A DNA stretch of 63,370 nucleotides from Nemertoderma westbladi (taxonomy: Eukaryota > Animalia > Xenacoelomorpha): positions 1 through 63,370 of the forward strand of contig JAUCBJ010009121.1 of assembly GCA_032718475.1 (NCBI GenBank), given 5' to 3'. A program made the translations under genes and the position numbers. The notes beneath the pieces are model-generated. The model did not search any database and was not told where the DNA came from. It saw nothing but the letters and a program-made list of their open reading frames with translations. How positions within the stretch are numbered: the stretch's first letter is position 1; each line of letters begins with the position of its first letter. This document shows positions 39,901-51,759 of this stretch, one piece after another.

Positions 39901-41578
39901 AAACGTAGGCAGTACCAGTAAGCGGTTCCTGGGACCCATCACTGCAAAAAGGTTCAGATAATTAATAACTAAACGAAAACGTAGGCAGTACCAGTAAGCG
40001 GTTCCTGGGACCCATCACTGCAAAAAGGTTCAGATAATTAATAACTAAACGAAAACGTAGGCAGTACCAGTAAGCGGTTCCTGGGACCCATCACTGCAAA
40101 AAGGTTCAGATAATTAATAACTAAACGAAAACGTAGGCAGTACCAGTAAGCGGTTCCTGGGACCCATCACTGCAAAAAGGTTCAGATAATTAATAACTAA
40201 ACGAAAACGTAGGCAGTACCAGTAAGCGGTTCCTGGGACCCATCACTGCAAAAAGGTTCAGATAATTAATAACTAAACGAAAACGTAGGCAGTACCAGTA
40301 AGCGGTTCCTGGGACCCATCACTGCAAAAAGGTTCAGATAATTAATAACTAAACGAAAACGTAGGCAGTACCAGTAAGCGGTTCCTGGGACCCATCACTG
40401 CAAAAAGGTTCAGATAATTAATAACTAAGTAGAAAACGTAGGCAGTACCAGTAAGCGGTTCCTGGGACCCATCACTGCAAAAAGGTTCAGATAATTAATA
40501 ACTAAACGAAAACGTAGGCAGTACCAGTAAGCGGTTCCTGGGACCCATCACTGCAAAAAGGTTCAGATAATTAATAACTAAACGAAAACGTAGGCAGTAC
40601 CAGTAAGCGGTTCCTGGGACCCATCACTGCAAAAAGGTTCAGATAATTAATAACTAAACGAAAACGTAGGCAGTACCAGTAAGCGGTTCCTGGGACCCAT
40701 CACTGCAAAAAGGTTCAGATAATTAATAACTAAACGAAAACGTAGGCAGTACCAGTAAGCGGTTCCTGGGACCCATCACTGCAAAAAGGTTCAGATAATT
40801 AATAACTAAACGAAAACGTAGGCAGTACCAGTAAGCGGTTCCTGGGACCCATCACTGCAAAAAGGTTCAGATAATTAATAACTAAGTAGAAAACGTAGGC
40901 AGTACCAGTAAGCGGTTCCTGGGACCCATCACTGCAAAAAGGTTCAGATAATTAATAACTAAGTAGAAAACGTAGGCAGTACCAGTAAGCGGTTCCTGGG
41001 ACCCATCACTGCAAAAAGGTTCAGATAATTAATAACTAAACGAAAACGTAGGCAGTACCAGTAAGCGGTTCCTGGGACCCATCACTGCAAAAAGGTTCAG
41101 ATAATTAATAACTAAGTACGAAAACGTAGGCAGTACCAGTAAGCGGTTCCTGGGACCCATCACTGCAAAAAGGTTCAGATAATTAATAACTAAACGAAAA
41201 CGTAGGCAGTACCAGTAAGCGGTTCCTGGGACCCATCACTGCAAAAAGGTTCAGATAATTAATAACTAAACGAAAACGTAGGCAGTACCAGTAAGCGGTT
41301 CCTGGGACCCATCACTGCAAAAAGGTTCAGATAATTAATAACTAAACGAAAACGTAGGCAGTACCAGTAAGCGGTTCCTGGGACCCATCACTGCAAAAAG
41401 GTTCAGATAATTAATAACTAAACGAAAACGTAGGCAGTACCAGTAAGCGGTTCCTGGGACCCATCACTGCAAAAAGGTTCAGATAATTAATAACTAAGTA
41501 GAAAACGTAGGCAGTACCAGTAAGCGGTTCCTGGGACCCATCACTGCAAAAAGGTTCAGATAATTAATAACTAAGTAG

Positions 41579-41678
41579 NNNNNNNNNNNNNNNNNNNNNN
41601 NNNNNNNNNNNNNNNNNNNNNNNNNNNNNNNNNNNNNNNNNNNNNNNNNNNNNNNNNNNNNNNNNNNNNNNNNNNNNN
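41579..41678. other. Assembly gap (100 N) inside the 76-bp array
   Basis: Run of exactly 100 N; true array length unknown. Confidence 0.99.
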
Positions 41679-44600
41679 ATAATTAATAACTAAACGAAAA
41701 CGTAGGCAGTACCAGTAAGCGGTTCCTGGGACCCATCACTGCAACAAGGTTCAGATAATTAATAACTAAGTAGAAAACGTAGGCAGTACCAGTAAGCGGT
41801 TCCTGGGACCCATCACTGCAAAAAGTTCAGATAATTAATAACTAAACGAAAACGTAGGCAGTACCAGTAAGCGGTTCCTGGGACCCATCACTGCAACAAG
41901 GTTCAGATAATTAATAACTAAGTAGAAAACGTAGGCAGTACCAGTAAGCGGTTCCTGGGACCCATCACTGCAAAAAGGTTCAGATAATTAATAACTAAAC
42001 GAAAACGTAGGCAGTACCAGTAAGCGATTCCTGGGACCCATCACTGCAAAAAGGTTCAGATAATTAATAACTAAGTAGAAAACGTAGGCAGTACCAGTAA
42101 GCGGTTCCTGGGACCCATCACTGCAAAAAGTTCAGATAATTAATAACTAAACGAAAACGTAGGCAGTACCAGTAAGCGGTTCCTGGGACCCATCACTGCA
42201 ACAAGGTTCAGATAATTAATAACTAAGTAGAAAACGTAGGCAGTACCAGTAAGCGGTTCCTGGGACCCATCACTGCAAAAAGGTTCAGATAATTAATAAC
42301 TAAGTAGAAAACGTAGGCAGTACCAGTAAGCGGTTCCTGGGACCCATCACTGCAAAAAGGTTCAGATAATTAATAACTAAACGAAAAAACGTAGGCAGTA
42401 CCAGTAAGCGGTTCCTGGGACCCATCACTGCAAAAAGGTTCAGATAATTAATAACTAAGTAGAAAACGTAGGCAGTACCAGTAAGCGGTTCCTGGGACCC
42501 ATCACTGCAAAAAGGTTCAGATAATTAATAACTAAACGAAAACGTAGGCAGTACCAGTAAGCGGTTCCTGGGACCCATCACTGCAAAAAGGTTCAGATAA
42601 TTAATAACTAAGTAGAAAACGTAGGCAGTACCAGTAAGCGGTTCCTGGGACCCATCACTGCAAAAAGGTTCAGATAATTAATAACTAAACGAAAACGTAG
42701 GCAGTACCAGTAAGCGGTTCCTGGGACCCATCACTGCAAAAAGGTTCAGATAATTAATAACTAAGTAGAAAACGTAGGCAGTACCAGTAAGCGGTTCCTG
42801 GGACCCATCACTGCAACAAGGTTCAGATAATTAATAACTAAACGAAAACGTAGGCAGTACCAGTAAGCGGTTCCTGGGACCCATCACTGCAAAAAGGTTC
42901 AGATAATTAATAACTAAGTAGAAAACGTAGGCAGTACCAGTAAGCGGTTCCTGGGACCCATCACTGCAACAAGGTTCAGATAATTAATAACTAAACGAAA
43001 ACGTAGGCAGTACCAGTAAGCGGTTCCTGGGACCCATCACTGCAAAAAGGTTCAGATAATTAATAACTAAACGAAAACGTAGGCAGTACCAGTAAGCGGT
43101 TCCTGGGACCCACCACTGCAAAAAGGTTCAGATAATTAATAACTAAACGAAAACGTAGGCAGTACCAGTAAGCGGTTCCTGGGACCCATCACTGCAAAAA
43201 GGTTCAGATAATTAATAACTAAGTAGAAAACGTAGGCAGTACCAGTAAGCGGTTCCTGGGACCCATCACTGCAAAAAGGTTCAGATAATTAATAACTAAA
43301 CGAAAACGTAGGCAGTACCAGTAAGCGATTCCTGGGACCCATCACTGAAAAAAGGTTCAGATAATTAATAACTAAGTAGAAAACGTAGGCAGTACCAGTA
43401 AGCGGTTCCTGGGCCCCATCACTGCAAAAAGGTTCAGATAATTAATAACTAAACGAAAACGTAGGCAGTACCAGTAAGCGGTTCCTGGGACCCATCACTG
43501 CAAAAGGTTCAGATAATTAATAACTAAACGAAAACGTAGGCAGTACCAGTAAGCGGTTCCTGGGACCCATCACTGCAAAAATTTCAGATAATTAATAAAT
43601 AAACGAAAACGTAGGCAGTACCAGTAAGCGGTTCCTGGGACCCATCACTGCAAAAAGGTTCAGATAATTAATAACTAAACGAAAACGTAGGCAGTACCAG
43701 TAAGCGGTTCCTGGGACCCATCACTGCAAAAAGGTTCAGATAATTAACAACTAAACGAAAACGTAGGCAGTACCAGTAAGCGATTCCTGGGACCCATCAC
43801 TGCAAAAAGGTTCAGATAATTAATAACTAAGTAGAAAACGTAGGCAGTACCAGTAAGCGGTTCCTGGGACCCATCACTGCAAAAAGTTCAGATAATTAAT
43901 AACTAAACGAAAACGTAGGCAGTACCAGTAAGCGGTTCCTGGGACCCATCACTGCAACAAGGTTCAGATAATTAATAACTAAGTAGAAAACGTAGGCAGT
44001 ACCAGTAAGCGGTTCCTGGGACCCATCACTGCAAAAAGGTTCAGATAATTAATAACTAAGTAGAAAACGTAGGCAGTACCAGTAAGCGGTTCCTGGGACC
44101 CATCACTGAAAAAAGGTTCAGATAATTAATAACTAAACGAAAACGTAGGCAGTACCAGTAAGCGGTTCCTGGGACCCATCACTGCAAAAAGGTTCAGATA
44201 ATTAATAACTAAGTAGAAAACGTAGGCAGTACCAGTAAGCGGTTCCTGGGACCCATCACTGCAAAAAGGTTCAGATAATTAATAACTAAACGAAAACGTA
44301 GGCAGTACCAGTAAGCGGTTCCTGGGACCCATCACTGCAAAAAGGTTCAGATAATTAATAACTAAGTAGAAAACGTAGGCAGTACCAGTAAGCGGTTCCT
44401 GGGACCCATCACTGCAAAAAGGTTCAGATAATTAATAACTAAGTAGAAAACGTAGGCAGTACCAGTAAGCGGTTCCTGGCACCCATCACTGCAAAAAGGT
44501 TCAGATAATTAATAACTAAGTAGAAAACGTAGGCAGTTCCAGTAAGCGGTTCCTGGGACCCATCACTGCAAAAAGGTTCAGATAATTAATAACTAAACGA

Positions 44601-47600
44601 AAACGTAGGCAGTACCAGTAAGCGGTTCCTGGGACCCATCACTGCAAAAAGGTTCAGATAATTAATAACTAAACGAAAACGTAGGCAGTACCAGTAAGCG
44701 GTTCCTGGGACCCATCACTGCAAAAAGGTCCGATAATTAATAACTAAACGAAAACGTAGGCAGTACCAGTAAGCGGTTCCTGGGACCCATCACTGCAAAA
44801 AGGTTCAGATAATTAATAACTAAGTAGAAAACGTAGGCAGTACCAGTAAGCGGTTCCTGGGACCCATCACTGCAAAAAGGTTCAGATAATTAATAACTAA
44901 ACGAAAACGTAGGCAGTACCAGTAAGCGGTTCCTGGGACCCATCACTGCAAAAAGGTTCAGATAATTAATAACTAAACGAAAACGTAGGCAGTACCAGTA
45001 AGCGGTTCCTGGGACCCATCACTGCAAAAAGGTTCAGATAATTAATAACTAAACGAAAACGTAGGCAGTACCAGTAAGCGGTTCCTGGGACCCATCACTG
45101 CAAAAAGGTTCAGATAATTAATAACTAAACGAAAACGTAGGCAGTACCAGTAAGCGGTTCCTGGGACCCATCACTGCAAAAAGGTCAGATAATTAATAAC
45201 TAAACGAAAACGTAGGCAGTACCAGTAAGCGGTTCCTGGGACCCATCACTGCAAAAAGGTCAGATAATTAATAACTAAACGAAAACGTAGGCAGTACCAG
45301 TAAGCGGTTCCTGGGACCCATCACTGCGAAAAGGTTCAGATAATTAATAACTAAGTAGAAAACGTAGGCAGTACCAGTAAGCGGTTCCGGGGACCCATCA
45401 CTGCAAAAGGTTCAGATAATTAATAACTAAACGAAAACGTAGGCAGTACCAGTAAGCGGTTCCTGGGACCCATCACTGCAAAAAGGTTCAGATAATTAAT
45501 AACTAAGTAGAAAACGTAGGCAGTACCAGTAAGCGGTTCCTGGGACCCATCACTGCAAAAAGGTCAGATAATTAATAACTAAACGAAAACGTAGGCAGTA
45601 CCAGTAAGCGGTTCCTGGGACCCATCACTGCAAAAAGGTCAGATAATTAATAACTAAACGAAAACGTAGGCAGTACCAGTAAGCGGTTCCTGGGACCCAT
45701 CACTGCAAAAAGGTCCGATAATTAATAACTAAACGAAAACGTAGGCAGTACCAGTAAGCGGTTCCTGGGACCCATCACTGCAAAAAGGTTCAGATAATTA
45801 ATAACTAAGTAGAAAACGTAGGCAGTACCAGTAAGCGGTTCCTGGGACCCATCACTGCAAAAAGGTTCAGATAATTAATAACTAAACGAAAACGTAGGCA
45901 GTACCAGTAAGCGGTTCCTGGGACCCATCACTGCAAAAAGGTTCAGATAATTAATAACTAAACGAAAACGTAGGCAGTACCAGTAAGCGGTTCCTGGGAC
46001 CCATCACTGCAAAAAGGTCAGATAATTAATAACTAAACGAAAACGTAGGCAGTACCAGTAAGCGGTTCCTGGGACCCATCACTGCAAAAAGGTTCAGATA
46101 ATTAATAACTAAGTAGAAAACGTAGGCAGTACCAGTAAGCGGTTCCTGGGACCCATCACTGCAAAAAGGTTCAGATAATTAATAACTAAACGAAAACGTA
46201 GGCAGTACCAGTAAGCGGTTCCTGGGACCCATCACTGCAAAAAGGTTCAGATAATTAATAACTAAACGAAAACGTAGGCAGTACCAGTAAGCGGTTCCTG
46301 GGACCCACCACTGCAAAAAGGTTCAGATAATTAATAACTAAACGAAAACGTAGGCAGTACCAGTAAGCGGTTCCTGGGACCCATCACTGCAAAAAGGTCA
46401 GATAATTAATAACTAAACGAAAACGTAGGCAGTACCAGTAAGCGGTTCCTGGGACCCATCACTGCAAAAAGGTCAGATAATTAATAACTAAACGAAAACG
46501 TAGGCAGTACCAGTAAGCGGTTCCTGGGACCCATCACTGCAAAAAGGTTCAGATAATTAATAACTAAACGAAAACGTAGGCAGTACCAGTAAGCGGTTCC
46601 TGGGACCCATCACTGCAAAAAGGTTCAGATAATTAATAACTAAACGAAAACGTAGGCAGTACCAGTAAGCGGTTCCTGGGACCCATCACTGCAAAAAGGT
46701 TCAGATAATTAATAACTAAACGAAAACGTAGGCAGTACCAGTAAGCGGTTCCTGGGACCCATCACTGCAAAAAGGTTCAGATAATTAATAACTAAGTAGA
46801 AAACGTAGGCAGTACCAGTAAGCGGTTCCTGGGACCCATCACTGCAAAAAGGTTCAGATAATTAATAACTAAACGAAAACGTAGGCAGTACCAGTAAGCG
46901 GTTCCTGGGACCCATCACTGCAAAAAGGTTCAGATAATTAATAACTAAGTAGAAAACGTAGGCAGTACCAGTAAGCGGTTCCTGGGACCCATCACTGCAA
47001 AAAGGTTCAGATAATTAATAACTAAACGAAAACGTAGGCAGTACCAGTAAGCGGTTCCTGGGACCCATCACTGCAAAAAGTTCAGATAATTAATAACTAA
47101 GTAGAAAACGTAGGCAGTACCAGTAAGCGGTTCCTGGGACCCATCACTGCAAAAAGGTTCAGATAATTAATAACTAAACGAAAACGTAGGCAGTACCAGT
47201 AAGCGGTTCCTGGGACCCATCACTGCAAAAAGTTCAGATAATTAATAACTAAGTAGAAAACGTAGGCAGTACCAGTAAGCGGTTCCTGGGACCCATCACT
47301 GCAAAAAGGTTCAGATAATTAATAACTAAACGAAAACGTAGGCAGTACCAGTAAGCGGTTCCTGGGACCCATCACTGCAAAAAGGTCAGATAATTAATAA
47401 CTAAGTAGAAAACGTAGGCAGTACCAGTAAGCGGTTCCTGGGACCCATCACTGCAAAAAGGTTCAGATAATTAATAACTAAACGAAAACGTAGGCAGTAC
47501 CAGTAAGCGGTTCCTGGGACCCATCACTGCAAAAGGTTCAGATAATTAATAACTAAACGAAAACGTAGGCAGTACCAGTAAGCGGTTCCTGGGACCCATC

Positions 47601-50600
47601 ACTGCAAAAAGTTCAGATAATTAATAACTAAGTAGAAAACGTAGGCAGTACCAGTAAGCGGTTCCTGGGACCCATCACTGCAAAAAGGTTCAGATAATTA
47701 ATAACTAAGTAGAAAACGTAGGCAGTACCAGTAAGCGGTTCCTGGGACCCATCACTGCAAAAAGTTCAGATAATTAATAACTAAGTAGAAAACGTAGGCA
47801 GTACCAGTAAGCGGTTCCTGGGACCCATCACTGCAAAAAGGTTCAGATAATTAATAACTAAGTAGAAAACGTAGGCAGTACCAGTAAGCGGTTCCTGGGA
47901 CCCATCACTGCAAAAAGGTTCAGATAATTAATAACTAAACGAAAACGTAGGCAGTACCAGTAAGCGGTTCCTGGGACCCATCACTGCAAAAAGGTTCAGA
48001 TAATTAATAACTAAACGAAAACGTAGGCAGTACCAGTAAGCGGTTCCTGGGACCCATCACTGCAAAAAGGTTCAGATAATTAATAACTAAACGAAAACGT
48101 AGGCAGTACCAGTAAGCGGTTCCTGGGACCCATCACTGCAAAAAGGTTCAGATAATTAATAACTAAACGAAAACGTAGGCAGTACCAGTAAGCGGTTCCT
48201 GGGACCCATCACTGCAAAAAGGTTCAGATAATTAATAACTAAACGAAAACGTAGGCAGTACCAGTAAGCGGTTCCTGGGACCCATCACTGCAAAAAGGTC
48301 AGATAATTAATAACTAAGTAGAAAACGTAGGCAGTACCAGTAAGCGGTTCCTGGGACCCATCACTGCAAAAAGGTTCAGATAATTAATAACTAAACGAAA
48401 ACGTAGGCAGTACCAGTAAGCGGTTCCTGGGACCCATCACTGCAAAAAGGTTCAGATAATTAATAACTAAACGAAAACGTAGGCAGTACCAGTAAGCGGT
48501 TCCTGGGACCCATCACTGCAAAAAGGTTCAGATAATTAATAACTAAACGAAAACGTAGGCAGTACCAGTAAGCGGTTCCTGGGACCCATCACTGCAAAAA
48601 GGTTCAGATAATTAAGAACTAAACGAAAACGTAGGCAGTACCAGTAAGCGGTTCCTGGGACCCATCACTGCAAAAAGGTTCAGATAATTAATAACTAAGT
48701 AGAAAACGTAGGCAGTACCAGTAAGCGGTTCCTGGGACCCATCACTGCAAAAAGGTTCAGATAATTAATAACTAAACGAAAACGTAGGCAGTACCAGTAA
48801 GCGGTTCCTGGGACCCATCACTGCAAAAAGGTTCAGATAATTAATAACTAAGTAGAAAACGTAGGCAGTACCAGTAAGCGGTTCCTGGGACCCATCACTG
48901 CAAAAAGGTTCAGATAATTCATAACTAAACGAAAACGTAGGCAGTACCAGTAAGCGGTTCCTGGGACCCATCACTGCAAAAAGGTTCAGATAATTAATAA
49001 CTAAACGAAAACGTAGGCAGTACCAGTAAGCGGTTCCTGGGACCCATCACTGCAAAAAGGTTCAGATAATTAATAACTAAACGAAAACGTAGGCAGTACC
49101 AGTAAGCGGTTCCTGGGACCCATCACTGCAAAAAGGTCAGATAATTAATAACTAAGTAGAAAACGTAGGCAGTACCAGTAAGCGGTTCCTGGGACCCATC
49201 ACTGCAAAAAGGTTCGGATAATTAATAACTAAACGAAAACGTAGGCAGTACCAGTAAGCGGTTCCTGGGACCCATCACTGCAAAAAGGTTCAGATAATTA
49301 ATAACTAAACGAAAACGTAGGCAGTACCAGTAAGCGGTTCCTGGGACCCATCACTGCAAAAAGGTTCAGATAATTAATAACTAAGTAGAAAACGTAGGCA
49401 GTACCAGTAAGCGGTTCCTGGGACCCATCACTGCAAAAAGGTTCAGATAATTAATAACTAAACGAAAACGTAGGCAGTACCAGTAAGCGGTTCCTGGGAC
49501 CCATCACTGCAAAAAGGTTCAGATAATTAATAACTAAGTAGAAAACGTAGGCAGTACCAGTAAGCGGTTCCTGGGACCCATCACTGCAAAAAGGTTCAGA
49601 TAATTAATAACTAAACGAAAACGTAGGCAGTACCAGTAAGCGGTTCCTGGGACCCATCACTGCAAAAAGGTTCAGATAATTAATAACTAAACGAAAACGT
49701 AGGCAGTACCAGTAAGCGGTTCCTGGGACCCATCACTGCAAAAAGGTTCAGATAATTAATAACTAAACGAAAACGTAGGCAGTACCAGTAAGCGGTTCCT
49801 GGGACCCATCACTGCAAAAAGGTCAGATAATTAATAACTAAACGAAAACGTAGGCAGTACCAGTAAGCGGTTCCTGGGACCCATCACTGCAAAAAGGTTC
49901 AGATAATTAATAACTAAGTAGAATACGTAGGCAGTTCCAGTAAGCGGTTCCTGGGACCCATCACTGCAAAAAGGTTCAGATAATTAATAACTAAGTAGAA
50001 AACGTAGGCAGTACCAGTAAGCGGTTCCTGGGACCCATCACTGCAAAAAGGTTCAGATAATTAATAACTAAACGAAAACGTAGGCAGTACCAGTAAGCGG
50101 TTCCTGGGACCCATCACTGCAAAAAGGTTCAGATAATTAATAACTAAGTAGAAAACGTAGGCAGTACCAGTAAGCGGTTCCTGGGACCCATCACTGCAAA
50201 AAGGTTCAGATAATTAATAACTAAACGAAAACGTAGGCAGTACCAGTAAGCGGTTCCTGGGACCCATCACTGCAAAAAGGTTCAGATAATTAATAACTAA
50301 GTAGAAAACGTAGGCAGTACCAGTAAGCGGTTCCTGGGACCCATCACTGCAAAAAGGTTCAGATAATTAATAACTAAACGAAAACGTAGGCAGTACCAGT
50401 AAGCGGTTCCTGGGACCCATCACTGCAAAAAGGTTCAGATAATTAATAACTAAGTAGAAAACGTAGGCAGTACCAGTAAGCGGTTCCTGGGACCCATCAC
50501 TGCAAAAAGGTTCAGATAATTAATAACTAAACGAAAACGTAGGCAGTACCAGTAAGCGGTTCCTGGGACCCATCACTGCAAAAAGGTTCAGATAATTAAT

Positions 50601-51389
50601 AACTAAGTAGAAAACGTAGGCAGTACCAGTAAGCGGTTCCTGGGACCCATCACTGCAAAAAGGTTCAGATAATTAATAACTAAACGAAAACGTAGGCAGT
50701 ACCAGTAAGCGGTTCCTGGGACCCATCACTGCAAAAAGGTTCAGATAATTAATAACTAAACGAAAACGTAGGCAGTACCAGTAAGCGGTTCCTGGGACCC
50801 ATCACTGCAAAAAGGTTCAGATAATTAATAACTAAACGAAAACGTAGGCAGTACCAGTAAGCGGTTCCTGGGACCCATCACTGCAAAAAGGTCAGATAAT
50901 TAATAACTAAACGAAAACGTAGGCAGTACCAGTAAGCGGTTCCTGGGACCCATCACTGCAAAAAGGTTCAGATAATTAATAACTAAGTAGAATACGTAGG
51001 CAGTTCCAGTAAGCGGTTCCTGGGACCCATCACTGCAAAAAGGTTCAGATAATTAATAACTAAGTAGAAAACGTAGGCAGTACCAGTAAGCGGTTCCTGG
51101 GACCCATCACTGCAAAAAGTTCAGATAATTAATAACTAAGTAGAAAATTGACCACTATAATAATTATTATATAATATAATTATAATAATTTCTAGAATAA
51201 TTACTGTCTATTAAAGTCTATAAATTTATTTTGGGAATCATATGTGGCGGATGCAGTAGAAAGGACACATGGAGAAAAGTGGAAAAAAGTGATGTTTTGA
51301 GAAAAAAAAAATTTAAAGTTTTCTGATTATTTAGATTAGTAAAGTAACTATAAAGTATAATATTTCTAGATTAAAATTTTACAACCTTT

Positions 51390-51580
51390 CCAGCCGCCAG
51401 ATTTACAGAAACCAGGTCGCATCTCTGCCTTGCATCCTTAAGTGGTAGCTAAATGAGTACGGGAGTTTCCTCTGGGGTGTAAAGTTCTGGGGGGACCGCA
51501 CTGGAAATAAGTCGTCAGACTTTGTGCGTAATCCCTGGCCTAGTGGCCGCAGAAAATTTACTTTTACTTTACTTTACTAT
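51390..51580 (+). mobile_element. 5'-truncated SINE with a Nin/Deu-type conserved central domain and (CTTTA)n tail
   Basis: CCAGGTCGCATCTCTGCCTTGCATCCTTAAGTGGTAGCTAAATGAGTAC resembles the recalled core GTCGACTCAGCCTTCATCCTT...TAAAATGAGTAC; ends TTTACTTTTACTTTACTTTAC. Confidence 0.55.
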
Positions 51581-51759
51581 ACCTAACTTCATGTCATAAA
51601 ATGTTACCAGATGTTTTCCAAGTGGTTTCATTTACAATTTTTCATTTTATTTCCGGCTTCTGGCCCCGGTGGCTATTAATTAGCATTAATATTAAAATAG
51701 GGATAAAATATGAACAATACACAAGTGCATATAGTACGATAAAATATAAGTAGTAGAAA

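Larger units (their letters stand above)
32666..51147. repeat. 75-77 bp tandem array, about 230 copies as assembled; unit = last 31 nt of the dynein intron (3' splice site) + first 45 nt of exon 32521-32710
   Basis: Minus-strand unit TTAGTTATTAATTATCTGAACCTTTTTGCAG|TGATGGGTCCCAGGAACCGCTTACTGGTACTGCCTACGTTTTCGT; the lowest-coordinate copy continues into the real exon and the highest into unique intron. Confidence 0.97.

Noticed and set aside
9097-51147. CRISPR-like appearance of the regular 31-bp and 76-bp repeats with palindromic cores
   Set aside because: Head-to-tail units with no unique spacers, no cas genes, and a spliceosomal eukaryotic context.
32711-51147. Recursive splicing at each acceptor copy
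   Set aside because: The AG is followed by TGATGG, not GT, so no donor is regenerated; only a weak internal TG|GTACTG exists. Not excluded experimentally.
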